Source: Candidatus Krumholzibacteriota bacterium (GTDB lineage Bacteria > Krumholzibacteriota > Krumholzibacteriia > JAJRXK01). From it: a stretch of DNA of 64,000 nucleotides. The DNA is taken from positions 27,323 to 91,322 of the forward strand of contig CAWDWO010000037.1 of assembly GCA_963806035.1 (NCBI GenBank), in the 5' to 3' direction. Below, in pieces: positions 54,237 to 63,762 of this stretch. Position numbers and translations under genes: made by a program. The notes beneath the pieces are model-generated. The model was not told the DNA's origin. It worked only from the letters and a program-made list of their open reading frames with translations, and did no database searches. The number at the start of each line of letters is the position of its first letter. The first letter of the stretch is position 1.

Positions 54237-54478
54237 GAATGTCCTCGGAAACGGGGGAGATGGGCAACGGAATTGAGCTTAACCCGCGCATCATGTGCAG
54301 TTCAAGGATCACATTGCGATCCATCCCTCGGCAGCGCCGCAGGACCAGACAAAGAAGACGATTGACGCCAGGCATCCAGGATGCGGAGAATCGCGGCTGA
54401 AGTTCCCCCTTCTTTTGCAGAGAAGCGGAGAAGGGGAACTTCATGACTCAGTCCTGCACCCTTGGTTGAGGAGGAGAC

Positions 54479-54823
54479 ATGATCAAGTGGATCGGTATCG
54501 GTACGGTTGCTCAATTGGCGATGGTTCTCATCGGACACTGGTCGTCAGCAGTGGCCAATCTCTTTGGTCCACTGGGAGTGGTGATTTCCTTGATCGTCGG
54601 GTTGCTGTGGGCCAGGGAAGCCGCGCGCGGGCTCGGGAACGGAGCTCGCGGCGGGGCCGTCGCTGGCGGCGTCTGCGCCTGCATCGGAATCGCGGTCTCT
54701 CTGCTGCTGGGCGACGTCGAGCCAATCATCCTGTTGTTCGGAACTCTGTCCTCTGCGGTGACCGGTCTGGTTGGGGGGCTTCTGGGCTCGAGGATGCGCG
54801 CTTCGCAGGTTGAGGCCGGATGA
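54479..54823 (+). CDS. Small 4-TM Gly/Ala-rich membrane protein
   Basis: Strong RBS GAGGAG; four hydrophobic segments. Confidence 0.65.
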   Translation: MIKWIGIGTVAQLAMVLIGHWSSAVANLFGPLGVVISLIVGLLWAREAARGLGNGARGGAVAGGVCACIGIAVSLLLGDVEPIILLFGTLSSAVTGLVGGLLGSRMRASQVEAG

Positions 54824-57181
54824 GAGTCCGAGCGAGCAGAGAAGGCAGGCCAAAAATCCGCTGGAGAATTCTGGCGTGTACCGGTTTGGTGCTGGTCGTT
54901 GTCGTCGCCGCAGCCTCGGGTGCTCCGGCGACAAGCGATGCAGCGGCGAGGCAGGATCTTGCACGCTTCGTCAATCCCATGGTGGGAACCCAAAACATGG
55001 GGCACACCTATCCCGGAGCGACCGTCCCCTTCGGGATGGTGCAGTTGAGCCCCGACACCAAGCGACCGCCCATGTACGATGCCACGGGCGCGTACAACCG
55101 CGAAGTCTATCGCTACTGCTCGGGCTACCAGTACGGCGATTCCACCATCTATGGCTTCAGCCATACGCACTTCAGCGGCACCGGGCATTCTGACCTGGGG
55201 GACCTCTCGCTTCTTCCCACGATGGGTGAACTGCAGATGGAGCCCGGGGACAGCTGGCAGTCAGGGCAGGCCATACCGGCACGCTTCGAACACGCCAGTG
55301 AAGTCGCGGAGCCCGGTTACTACAGGGTGAAGTTGGATGACTCCACGATCGAAGTGGAGCTGACGGCGACGACGCGGGTGGGGATGCACCGCTACACGTT
55401 GGGGAGAAGCGGGGAGCTGCACCTCGTCCTGGACATGATGGCGAACATCTACGACTACCCGGGCAAGGACGTGTGGACATTTCTGCGAGTGGAAAACGAC
55501 AGCACGGTGACCGGCTATCGACAGACCACCGGCTGGGCACGCACTCGCACGGTCTATTTCGCGATGGAGTTCAGTCGGCCCTTCAAGAGCTACGGTTACA
55601 AACGCTACGACGAAACGCCCTACAAGGGCTTCTATCGCCAGTTCGATCAGGAGCACGATTTCCCCGAGATGGCAGGAAAGGAGATCCGCGCGCACTTCGA
55701 TTATGACGGCCAGAAGGGTGATCAACTGCTGGTCAAAGTAGGGCTATCCTCGGTGAGCACCAAGGGAGCGCTGGCGAATCTGCAAGCCGAGCTGCCCGGA
55801 CTGGGATTTTGACGCAGTGCGTGCCGCGGCGCGCGAGAGCTGGAACCGTGAGCTGAGCCGCATCGAGGTCTCATCGATGAACGAGGGACAACAGCGAACT
55901 TTCTACACCGCGCTCTATCACTGCTTCCTCAGCCCCATCGTGTACGAAGATGTCGACGGAAGCTATCGAGGCCTCGACCAAAATGTGCACACTTCGGAGG
56001 GCTTCACCAACTACACCATCTTCTCGCTTTGGGATACCTACCGGGCGCTGCATCCTCTCTTGAACCTCATCCAGACCGCGCGCAACACCGACATGATCAA
56101 GAGCATGCTGGCGCACTTCGACCAGAGTGTGCATCCCATGCTGCCGGTGTGGAGCCATTACGCGAACGAGAACTGGTGCATGATCGGCTACCATGCGGTC
56201 TCGGTGATCGCCGATGCAATCGTCAAAGGAAATCGGGACATCGATCTCGAACGCGCTCTGCACGCCTGCGTGATGACTTCGCAGGTTCCGTACTTCGACG
56301 GGGAAGGGGAGTACGCCAAGCTGGGCTGGGTACCGGACGAAGTTTCGCCGTACTCGGCCAGTATGACCCTCGAGTTGGCCTATGACGACTGGTGCATTGC
56401 GCGCATCGCTCAGATCGCGGATGACGAGGCCCAGATGGGGCGCTACGATGAACGGGCGGGAAGCTTCCAGTACATCTTCGATGCTCAGGTAGGCTTCATG
56501 CGTCCCAAGCGCCGCGACGGGAGCTGGCGGCCCGAATTCGATCCCATGTCGACTCACGCGCAGGGGTTCATCGAGGGCAATGCCTGGAACTACAGTCTGT
56601 ACGTGCCGCAGAACGTACCCGCACTGGTCGAGCTTTTGGGCGGTCCGGATGCGCTGGAGAGCTATCTGGATTCGCTCTTCACCATGCAGATCTCGGACGA
56701 GCAGATCGCGCACACCGAGGACATCACGCGCGACGGAATCATCGGGGCTTACGTTCACGGCAACGAACCCAGCCACCACGTGCCCTATCTGTACAACTGG
56801 ACCGAACATCCCGGAAAAACCCAATCGCGGGTGCGAATGATCCTGGACAGCATGTACGGAGCGGGTGTAGACGGGCTGTGTGGCAACGATGACGCGGGGC
56901 AGATGAGCGCTTGGTACATATTCAGCGCGCTGGGTTTTTATCCGCTGTGTCCGGGATCGAGAAATTTCGAATTGGGCAGTCCGCTGGTGAAGAGCGCGAC
57001 TTTGCATCTTGAAAACGGCAAGACAGTACAGATCGAGGCGCGCAACCAGAGTCCGGAGAACGTCTACGTGCAGAAGGTGGAAGTGAACGGCAAGCCCATC
57101 CATCGGCACTATCTGGATTTCGAAGAGCTGAGGATGGGAGGAGAGATCACATTTTTCATGGGACGAGAGGCAGCAAAATGA
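54820..57181 (+). CDS. GH92-family alpha-mannosidase, secreted; frameshift near 55805
   Basis: GHTYPGATVPFGMVQLSPDT, FSHTHFSGTG, FSLWDTYRA, EGNAWNY, HGNEPSHH, GNDDAGQMSAWY. Confidence 0.93.
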
Positions 57182-58905
57182 TACGGCAGACACGAGTTCA
57201 TTCGAGCAGGACTTCGGTCAAGTTCCCGGTCGCGGTGGTCGCGGTGCTAGCGATTGTCCTAGGAGTGCTTTCCACGGGAATTGTGGTGTGTAGTGCCTGG
57301 GCAGAGGGAGTCCCTGGAACCGTACTGCAACACTTCCCCCTGCAGATGAAGACGCCCACCGGGCTGGCCTTCGACGGCCAGCATCTCTGGGTGGGCGATC
57401 TCGACTCGGCCAAGCTTTTTGAGATCGATCCGGCGACGGGAGAAGTGCTCGCCAGCATGGACGCGCCCGGCTATCAGCCCCTGGGCCTGGCGTGGGATGG
57501 AGCGCAACTTTGGGTCATCGATGCCCTCGACAAAACCGCCTACGCCCTGAACCCCGCAACGGGAATCACCCAGCGGGCTTTACCGCTCGACACCGCAGAC
57601 GCGAAGGGAATGAGTTGGGATGGAAACGCGCTGTGGACGGTGGACGCTCGTGACGGCGTGCTCACCCGTCTCGACATCGACGATGGCACGACCTTCAAGA
57701 GTTTCCCCTGTCCCCGTGCCAACGCTGGTGGAGACGAGTTGGGCCTGGCCTTCGACGGGAAGTACCTGTGGGTGAGCGATCGTCGCAGCGACAAGATCTA
57801 CCGCGTCGACTCGGCGAGCGGCGTGGTCCTGGACGACTTTCCTTCTCCCGGTCCTTACCCGGCCGACCTGGCCTGGGACGGACAGCACCTGTGGTGCGTG
57901 GACTACGAGACCCGCGAACTGTACCAGCTGGAAACGGTGAGCGGCTCGCCCTACGTCGTGTCCGAGCCCAAGCACGAACTGCTCGACTACGAAGAGGTGT
58001 GGCGCAACTTCGGTCCGGGGACGGTGAAGACCCTGGACGTCTACATCGCGGTGCCGCACGACCTGCCCAATCAGAAACTCACGGCCGCGCCCACTTTCGA
58101 TCCCGCACCCCAGGATTTCGTGACCGACAAGTGGGGACAGAAATGCGCGCACTTCGTGTATCAGGACATTGCGGCCGGCCAGAAGGTGTCGGCCAAGATG
58201 ACAGTGGATGCGACCCTGTACAAGGTCCGCTGGTACGTCGATCCGGATAAAGTAGGCTCGCTGAAGCAGATTCCCGGCGAGATCCGCAAGACCTACACCC
58301 AGAACAGCAGCAAGCTGGTCATGGACGATCCGGTCATCCAGAAGGCGGTCGAAGAGGCGCTGGACGGTGAGACCAATCCCTACTGGATGGCGCGCAAGAT
58401 CAACCGCTACATCCAGGACCATATGTACTACGAGCTGGTGGGAGGGTGGAATGTCGCGCCCACTGTCCTGGCGCGCGGATCGGGATCCTGTTCGGAATAC
58501 ACCTTCGTAATGCTCTCGATGTGCCATGCGGCGGGACTGCCCGCGCGTTACGCCGGATCGGTCGTGGTTCGCAATGACGATGCCAGCCGCGACGACGTAT
58601 TCCACCGCTGGGTAGAGGTCTACTTGCCCAACTACGGCTGGGTGCCGGTGGATCCCTCCGGCGGTGACTCCAACGTGCCCTCACACGTGGCGGATTTCTT
58701 CGGCGGATTGTCCAACCGCTTCGTTGTCACCACGCTGGGCGCAGGCGACAGCGAGACCCTTCACTGGGATTACGACAGCTACGCAACCTGGACCGCGGAA
58801 GGCCGCGTCAAGCTGATGCAGCACAAGGCCGGCGATTGGGTGCCGGTGGACAAGAAGTACGAGCCACCGGTGAGCGCGACGATGGGCACGGACAAGTGCG
58901 AGTAG
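57178..58905 (+). CDS. Secreted beta-propeller + transglutaminase-like (Cys-His-Asp) protein
   Basis: GLAWDG..LW repeats; GSCSEY, HRWVEVY, WVPVDPS. Confidence 0.85.
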   Translation: MIRQTRVHSSRTSVKFPVAVVAVLAIVLGVLSTGIVVCSAWAEGVPGTVLQHFPLQMKTPTGLAFDGQHLWVGDLDSAKLFEIDPATGEVLASMDAPGYQPLGLAWDGAQLWVIDALDKTAYALNPATGITQRALPLDTADAKGMSWDGNALWTVDARDGVLTRLDIDDGTTFKSFPCPRANAGGDELGLAFDGKYLWVSDRRSDKIYRVDSASGVVLDDFPSPGPYPADLAWDGQHLWCVDYETRELYQLETVSGSPYVVSEPKHELLDYEEVWRNFGPGTVKTLDVYIAVPHDLPNQKLTAAPTFDPAPQDFVTDKWGQKCAHFVYQDIAAGQKVSAKMTVDATLYKVRWYVDPDKVGSLKQIPGEIRKTYTQNSSKLVMDDPVIQKAVEEALDGETNPYWMARKINRYIQDHMYYELVGGWNVAPTVLARGSGSCSEYTFVMLSMCHAAGLPARYAGSVVVRNDDASRDDVFHRWVEVYLPNYGWVPVDPSGGDSNVPSHVADFFGGLSNRFVVTTLGAGDSETLHWDYDSYATWTAEGRVKLMQHKAGDWVPVDKKYEPPVSATMGTDKCE

Positions 58906-58958
58906 TCGAAGCCCAACGGCGCGGCTGGCCGGGGCCCACGTAGGCGAATCGTCGAGGC

Positions 58959-60185
58959 TCAGGAATCGAGCCGGTAGCACACCAGGTGCAGCGGCTGCAT
59001 GTCTTCCTCGGCCGTTTCGTCCCCGTCTTCGTCCACGGTGTCGCCCAGGTTGTGCGCGACGTACACGCGCGTGTCGCCCAGGAACAGGCGGTCCCGGTTG
59101 AGGTTCACGTCGCCAAAGAGACGCCACTGCTCGATCCACTTGCCCTGGGCATCGAACTGGTCCAGCCGGGCGAAGAGATCGGGCGGGTCATTCGGCATGC
59201 GCTCGCGAATGAGGACCTGAAAGCCGCCGTCCTGGCGCGGATAGACTCCGTCGATGACGCGGTCGGTATCGCTCACCACGACCTTCATCTTCGTTCCGTT
59301 GATGTTCATCGAGTAGCGCTTGCTGGCGTGTTGGCGTTCCTTCTCGCTGCGCTCGTGGGGCTCGAAGGGGCGCTCCACGATGCGAACGAGTTCACCCTCG
59401 GGCGAGTAGACGTGGAGGCGGTAGGCGTCCCAGTCCTCCGCGACGACGACCTTACCATCGCTGGTGACGGCCCAGGTGCCGCTCACTCCCATCATGTCCC
59501 GTTCCTTGAATTCCTCGGCGGCCAGATCGACCGGGTGCCTGTCCTCGTAGTAGCGCTCTTGGATGCTGCCCTTGTCATCGACCGAGAGGATTTGCGCCAC
59601 TGTGCCCATCTTGCCGTCCGCGAAGAAGAAGCCCGAGGCGGCCAGGACGAGATCCTTGCCGCGATCGTAGCCGGCGGTGAGCATGGGCATCCCCTCGCTG
59701 GGGTCGGGCAGCGGATGATCATCCAGGGGCACTCCGTCGTCCCTCAGCAAAGCAATCTTGGGCGGCATCGTCTGGATCACGGCCAGGCTGCCATCGTGTC
59801 CCAGAAAGAGACTCGAGGGATTGCGGAACTCCCCGGGCGCCTCTCCCTCACGGCCGATGGTCTCTTGCCATTCACCGTCGGGAGAGAAGACCTGGATCTG
59901 GTTGAGCTGCGAATCCAGTACGTAGACTCGCTGGTCCGCGCGTTCGACCACACCGCGGATTCGGCCGAAGATGAGATCGTCGTCCAGGCCGGCCGTCCAG
60001 AGCGGGTGCAGATGGAGATCCCGGGTTCCATCAGAAGGTGCGGTGCTGAGCACGGGGGTTGGGGAGGAATCGGCAGCCCGGCTCGTGCCGCCGAAGGTCG
60101 CGCCGGACAGGAGGGCGCCGAGGAGCAAGGTGAGCAGGAGAGGGGGCAAGAAAGGCCTATGTTTCTGAGTGGTAGACATGGACAT
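58959..60185 (-). CDS. Secreted 6-bladed (NHL-like) beta-propeller protein
   Basis: Signal peptide; VYVLD..QIQVFSPDG...IGREGEAPGEF. Confidence 0.75.
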   Translation of the reverse strand: MSMSTTQKHRPFLPPLLLTLLLGALLSGATFGGTSRAADSSPTPVLSTAPSDGTRDLHLHPLWTAGLDDDLIFGRIRGVVERADQRVYVLDSQLNQIQVFSPDGEWQETIGREGEAPGEFRNPSSLFLGHDGSLAVIQTMPPKIALLRDDGVPLDDHPLPDPSEGMPMLTAGYDRGKDLVLAASGFFFADGKMGTVAQILSVDDKGSIQERYYEDRHPVDLAAEEFKERDMMGVSGTWAVTSDGKVVVAEDWDAYRLHVYSPEGELVRIVERPFEPHERSEKERQHASKRYSMNINGTKMKVVVSDTDRVIDGVYPRQDGGFQVLIRERMPNDPPDLFARLDQFDAQGKWIEQWRLFGDVNLNRDRLFLGDTRVYVAHNLGDTVDEDGDETAEEDMQPLHLVCYRLDS

Positions 60186-60296
60186 GAGTACCTCATCAAG
60201 TGAAAGAATGTCCGGCGGGAAGATTGCGGTAGATTTTGTACGGGTAGAGTTGGGCAAGGGTTTCATCCTTCCCGGCGCGCTTTCGCGTCCCTCAGC

Positions 60297-61406
60297 TCAC
60301 TCGAGTCGCTGGGCGAAGGTGGAGTCCCAGGCGGCGAGAGCGAGCTTGGGGTTGAGGTCGACGTCGACGAGTCCGAGGTGCGCGAAGTAGCTCAGGCCGG
60401 CCGGTGGCGGGGGAGAGATGGCGGCCAAATCGAGGTCGGTAAAGGTGAGTTGAAACACCCCGATCGCGTGGACTTTCTCCAGCAGTTGGGCCTGACGCAC
60501 GATGTAGCGGCGCTGCTCCTCCTCCGAAGAGCTCCATTCGGTCTGCGTATTCGAGGGCCATCCGCCTTCGGTCACCGCGACCTGGATCTCGTGCCCCTCG
60601 AGCAGACCGGAGTAGTAGTCGTCGGGGATCTCCTCGGGGACATCGAAACCCGCGAGATAGGGATAGGACGAGAGCCCCAACTCGTCGACGAAGGGGAAGT
60701 CCAGGAAGTCCTGATCGATTCCCTGCCCCGTCGCGTTGCCCAGACGGCCCCAGGCGTAGTCGACCTGCACGCTGATGCTCAGGCGCACCTTGGCGTCGCG
60801 GGCGCGAATCGCCGCCGCAGTGTCGTTAGCGACCTGCCGGATCGCGGCGTAGAGGTTCGCCGGCGCCACCCCTCGGATGAGATTCGTTTCGAGCGCGACG
60901 CCTAAATGCTCGGGCTGGACCAGGCTGTCGACCACGGTGGCGTAACGCAGGTACATGGCCTGGATCTCGGGCTCGGTGATGCTACGGCCCGCGTTGATGA
61001 GAGCCGTGGACTCGCCGGCCCGGTTCAAACCATTGGCCGGATCGAGATACACCCAGATCTCATGTCCCTTGGCGCGGTAGTACTCGGCCAAGCTCAGCTG
61101 GTGCCGTTGCACATACCCGACGAGAGGCACGCCGGCCAGTAGCGAGTCCCATGGGGCCTCGTAGCTCATGATGGCCGCGTCCGCGCGCATCGACCACATG
61201 TCGATCGCGGCGAGCAGCAAGTCCACGTCCGCCCGCGGGGGAATTCCCGAAAAGCCCATGCGATAGCTGCGAGTGGGGCCTTCGGGCTCGGTTGGCGAGT
61301 TCGAGTCGCTGCAGGCCGTGAGGCAGCAAGCAACGAGAAGACTCGCGGCGAGCCCGAGCCGCGCGAGGCGAGCTAGGTGGGCGGAGGTTGGAGATGACTT
61401 TCTCAT
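60297..61406 (-). CDS. Lipoprotein with possible glycoside-hydrolase-like TIM barrel
   Basis: Lipobox LTAC; LGVALETN, LGLSSYP and VAVTEGGW resemble clan GH-A strand 4/6/7 motifs. Confidence 0.6.
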   Translation of the reverse strand: MRKSSPTSAHLARLARLGLAASLLVACCLTACSDSNSPTEPEGPTRSYRMGFSGIPPRADVDLLLAAIDMWSMRADAAIMSYEAPWDSLLAGVPLVGYVQRHQLSLAEYYRAKGHEIWVYLDPANGLNRAGESTALINAGRSITEPEIQAMYLRYATVVDSLVQPEHLGVALETNLIRGVAPANLYAAIRQVANDTAAAIRARDAKVRLSISVQVDYAWGRLGNATGQGIDQDFLDFPFVDELGLSSYPYLAGFDVPEEIPDDYYSGLLEGHEIQVAVTEGGWPSNTQTEWSSSEEEQRRYIVRQAQLLEKVHAIGVFQLTFTDLDLAAISPPPPAGLSYFAHLGLVDVDLNPKLALAAWDSTFAQRLE

Positions 61407-61521
61407 GGAATTCCCAAGCTAAGCCGTGGAACGCGCGCTGGTCCAGAACATTGCAGGCGCTCGCCGGTTGCCCGGGGTCTTTCGATCTGTGTTTCACCTT
61501 CCTCTCGCAAGTGGTTCACGG

Positions 61522-61678
61522 TTCGGAGTTGGTCCGCTCCCGGTCCAGAGTGTCTCGACATTCGGAGTTGCTCACCGGTCCAGTGTGTTTCGACATTCGG
61601 AGTTGCTCACCGGTTCCGAGTGTCTCGACATTCGGAGTTGCTCACCGGTCCGGAGTGTCTCGACATTCGGAGTTGCTC
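61522..61678. repeat. 35-bp tandem repeat, about 4.4 copies, with an internal near-palindrome
   Basis: Unit TTCGGAGTTGCTCACCGGTCCRGAGTGTCTCGACA starting at 61522 (39-bp variant), 61561, 61596, 61631 and partially at 61666. Confidence 0.95.
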
Positions 61679-61882
61679 GGCTCCCATCCGAGTCAACTCA
61701 GATTGCCGTTCCTTCTAAAGTTACACCTTATATACGCCTCGTGATGCCGACTTGATACCGAGCTGGACCGCACCGTCTCCAGCCTCGTTCGCGGGGCAAA
61801 AGGTGAGTTTTCGACTCCCACCGAGCATCCGTCGCAGATGGCTCGGGGAAGAGAAGGAACTAGCTGTAGGGGAGGCACTTTC

Positions 61883-61910
61883 AATATATACAAATATTAG
61901 TTTGGTGCAA
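61883..61910 (-). promoter_or_regulatory. Putative sigma70 promoter facing the repeat array
   Basis: Minus strand TTGCAC-N16-TATATT in the most AT-rich patch of the region. Confidence 0.5.
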
Positions 61911-61936
61911 TGAGAAAAATTCAACTGAGGTCATGC

Positions 61937-62075
61937 GGCCCCGGGGCCTCTGGTACCCCCGGGCCCCCGGGCCCCCCTGGTACCCCCGGGCCCCCCTGGT
62001 ACCCCTGGTACCCCCGGGGTCCCCGGGCCCCCTGGTACCCCCGGTGCCCCCGCGATCCCCAGCGCCCCCGCGCTC
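61937..62075. repeat. GC-rich 9-bp-period low-complexity repeat
   Basis: Alternating CCCTGGTAC / CCCCGGGCC units with five GGTACC palindromes. Confidence 0.9.
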
Positions 62076-62116
62076 CCACGTCGCCGCGCCCAATGAGTCG
62101 CCATACGAGCAGGATC

Positions 62117-62161
62117 TTGCGCGCATCGCAATAAATTCTATAATTCCAGAACTATGGAAAT
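62117..62161 (+). promoter_or_regulatory. ars promoter and ArsR operator
   Basis: TTGCGC-N16-TATAAT. Imperfect 13-2-13 inverted repeat AATTCTATAATTC-CA-GAACTATGGAAAT overlaps the -10 and the ATG. Confidence 0.75.
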
Positions 62162-62528
62162 AAATTCTGCTCTGACAATTCTGTCCGCACTGGCTCAGGA
62201 AACCCGGCTCTCGGTCTTTCGCCTGTTGGTCCGCGAGGGGGAGCGGGGCCTTTTCGCCGGGGAGATTGCCGCCGCCCTTGCCGTTCCCGCGCCCACCCTC
62301 TCTTTCCATCTCAAGGAGCTCACACAGGCGGGGCTGGTGGATGCGCGACGGGAAGGGCGATCCATCCGCTACACCCTGCGGGCCGATCGGATGCGGGAGT
62401 TTCTCGGATTTCTCAGTGAGGACTGCTGTCAGGGGCAAGCGGAGCTCTGCCTGCCCCGCGCCCAAGCTTCGGATCAAAGGACCGAGCCGACCGAGCGAAG
62501 CACGTCGGATGCGAGGGGGGACCGATGA
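62154..62528 (+). CDS. arsR: ArsR/SmtB-family arsenite-responsive repressor
   Basis: [33 protein letters not shown]-terminal CC-x6-C. Confidence 0.92.
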   Translation: MEINSALTILSALAQETRLSVFRLLVREGERGLFAGEIAAALAVPAPTLSFHLKELTQAGLVDARREGRSIRYTLRADRMREFLGFLSEDCCQGQAELCLPRAQASDQRTEPTERSTSDARGDR

Positions 62529-63712
62529 CGACGCAAGCGTGCATTACGAAGGAGCCCCAGGGCCTGGGTTTCTTCGAACGTTATCTCACGGTATGGGTGC
62601 TCTTGTGCATCGGGCTCGGAATTCTCCTCGGACGCTTTGCTCCCGGAGTGGCGCACACACTCGATAGAATGACTCTGGATGTGAATGGTGCCCCGATCAT
62701 CTCCATTCCGATCGCCATGTGTCTGTTCTTCATGATGTATCCCATCATGGTGAAGATCGATTTCGGCGAGGTTCTGCGCGCGGGCCAGAACCTCAAGCCG
62801 GTGACACTGACTCTCATCGTGAACTGGGCCATCAAACCATTCACCATGTTCGCACTGAGCAGTTTCTTCTTGGGGATCGTCTTCCTGAAGTTCATCGGCC
62901 CCGATGCGATCGACACCGTGAAGCTCCCGCTGGGGCTGAACCTGGCAGTGGGGGCAAGCTATGGCGATGGCACGGTGATTCTCTCCCACGGGGTCAAGAT
63001 GCTGGCGGTGCCACTGTGGCGCAGTTATCTGGCGGGCTGCATCCTGCTGGGAGTTGCGCCATGTACGGCCATGGTTCTGGTGTGGGGTTACCTCGCGCGC
63101 GGCAACGACGGCCACACCCTGGTCATGGTCGCCATCAATTCGCTCTTCATGCTCGTATTGTACGGACCGCTGGGAGGCTTCCTGCTCGGGGTGGGCAGGC
63201 TTCCGGTTCCCTGGCAGGCCCTGTTTCTCTCGATTTCGGTGTACGTCGCGTTGCCTCTTCTGGCGGGATATCTTTCGCGGCGTTGGATCGTCAAGGCGAA
63301 GGGGGAGGAGTGGTTCCAACAGCGCTTTTTACACCTTTTGACGCCCGTCACCATCCTTGCGCTCCTTTTCACCCTGGTTCTGCTGTTTTCGTTCAAGGGC
63401 GAAGTCATCACGAGAAACCCTCTGACGATTCTGTGGATCGCCGTACCGCTCTTCGTGCAGACCCTGTTGATCTTCGGAGTTACTTATGCCGCAGCGAGTT
63501 GGCTCAAGCTGAGCTACCGGGATGCCGCCCCGTCGGCTCTCATTGGGGCCTCAAATCACTTCGAAGTGGCCATTGCGACCGCGGTCATGCTCTTCGGACT
63601 CTCCTCGGGAGCGGCACTGGCCACCGTGGTCGGTGTGCTGATCGAGGTGCCTACGATGTTGCTTTTGGTACGGATCTGCCTCAAGCGTGGCGGATTCACC
63701 ATGAGAAGTTAA
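62525..63712 (+). CDS. acr3: Acr3 arsenite efflux transporter
   Basis: [55 protein letters not shown]. Confidence 0.95.
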   Translation: MTTQACITKEPQGLGFFERYLTVWVLLCIGLGILLGRFAPGVAHTLDRMTLDVNGAPIISIPIAMCLFFMMYPIMVKIDFGEVLRAGQNLKPVTLTLIVNWAIKPFTMFALSSFFLGIVFLKFIGPDAIDTVKLPLGLNLAVGASYGDGTVILSHGVKMLAVPLWRSYLAGCILLGVAPCTAMVLVWGYLARGNDGHTLVMVAINSLFMLVLYGPLGGFLLGVGRLPVPWQALFLSISVYVALPLLAGYLSRRWIVKAKGEEWFQQRFLHLLTPVTILALLFTLVLLFSFKGEVITRNPLTILWIAVPLFVQTLLIFGVTYAAASWLKLSYRDAAPSALIGASNHFEVAIATAVMLFGLSSGAALATVVGVLIEVPTMLLLVRICLKRGGFTMRS

Positions 63713-63762
63713 CTTGACAGGGCACCGCCTGTCCCCGAGCGTTCGCATGCGCCTTGGAATCG

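Noticed and set aside
11119..60203. Long antisense ORFs (e.g. 11119..12429, 45299..46315, 55871..57193, 58986..60203)
   Set aside because: These are shadow frames of well-supported genes in high-GC DNA, with no recognisable motifs.
61522..61678. CRISPR array or TIGR-type guide array
   Set aside because: Units abut with no unique spacers and differ by only a few bases. No cas or Nop-domain gene lies in the window.
61705..61740. dif or integron attI site (AAGTTACACCTTATATACG)
   Set aside because: Poor match to XerC/XerD arms. No integrase or attC cassettes are visible.
61910..62163. Collagen-like mini-protein ORFs
   Set aside because: No clear RBS or signal peptide, and the Gly-X-Y frame is not maintained. 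The pattern is a by-product of the 9-bp repeat.
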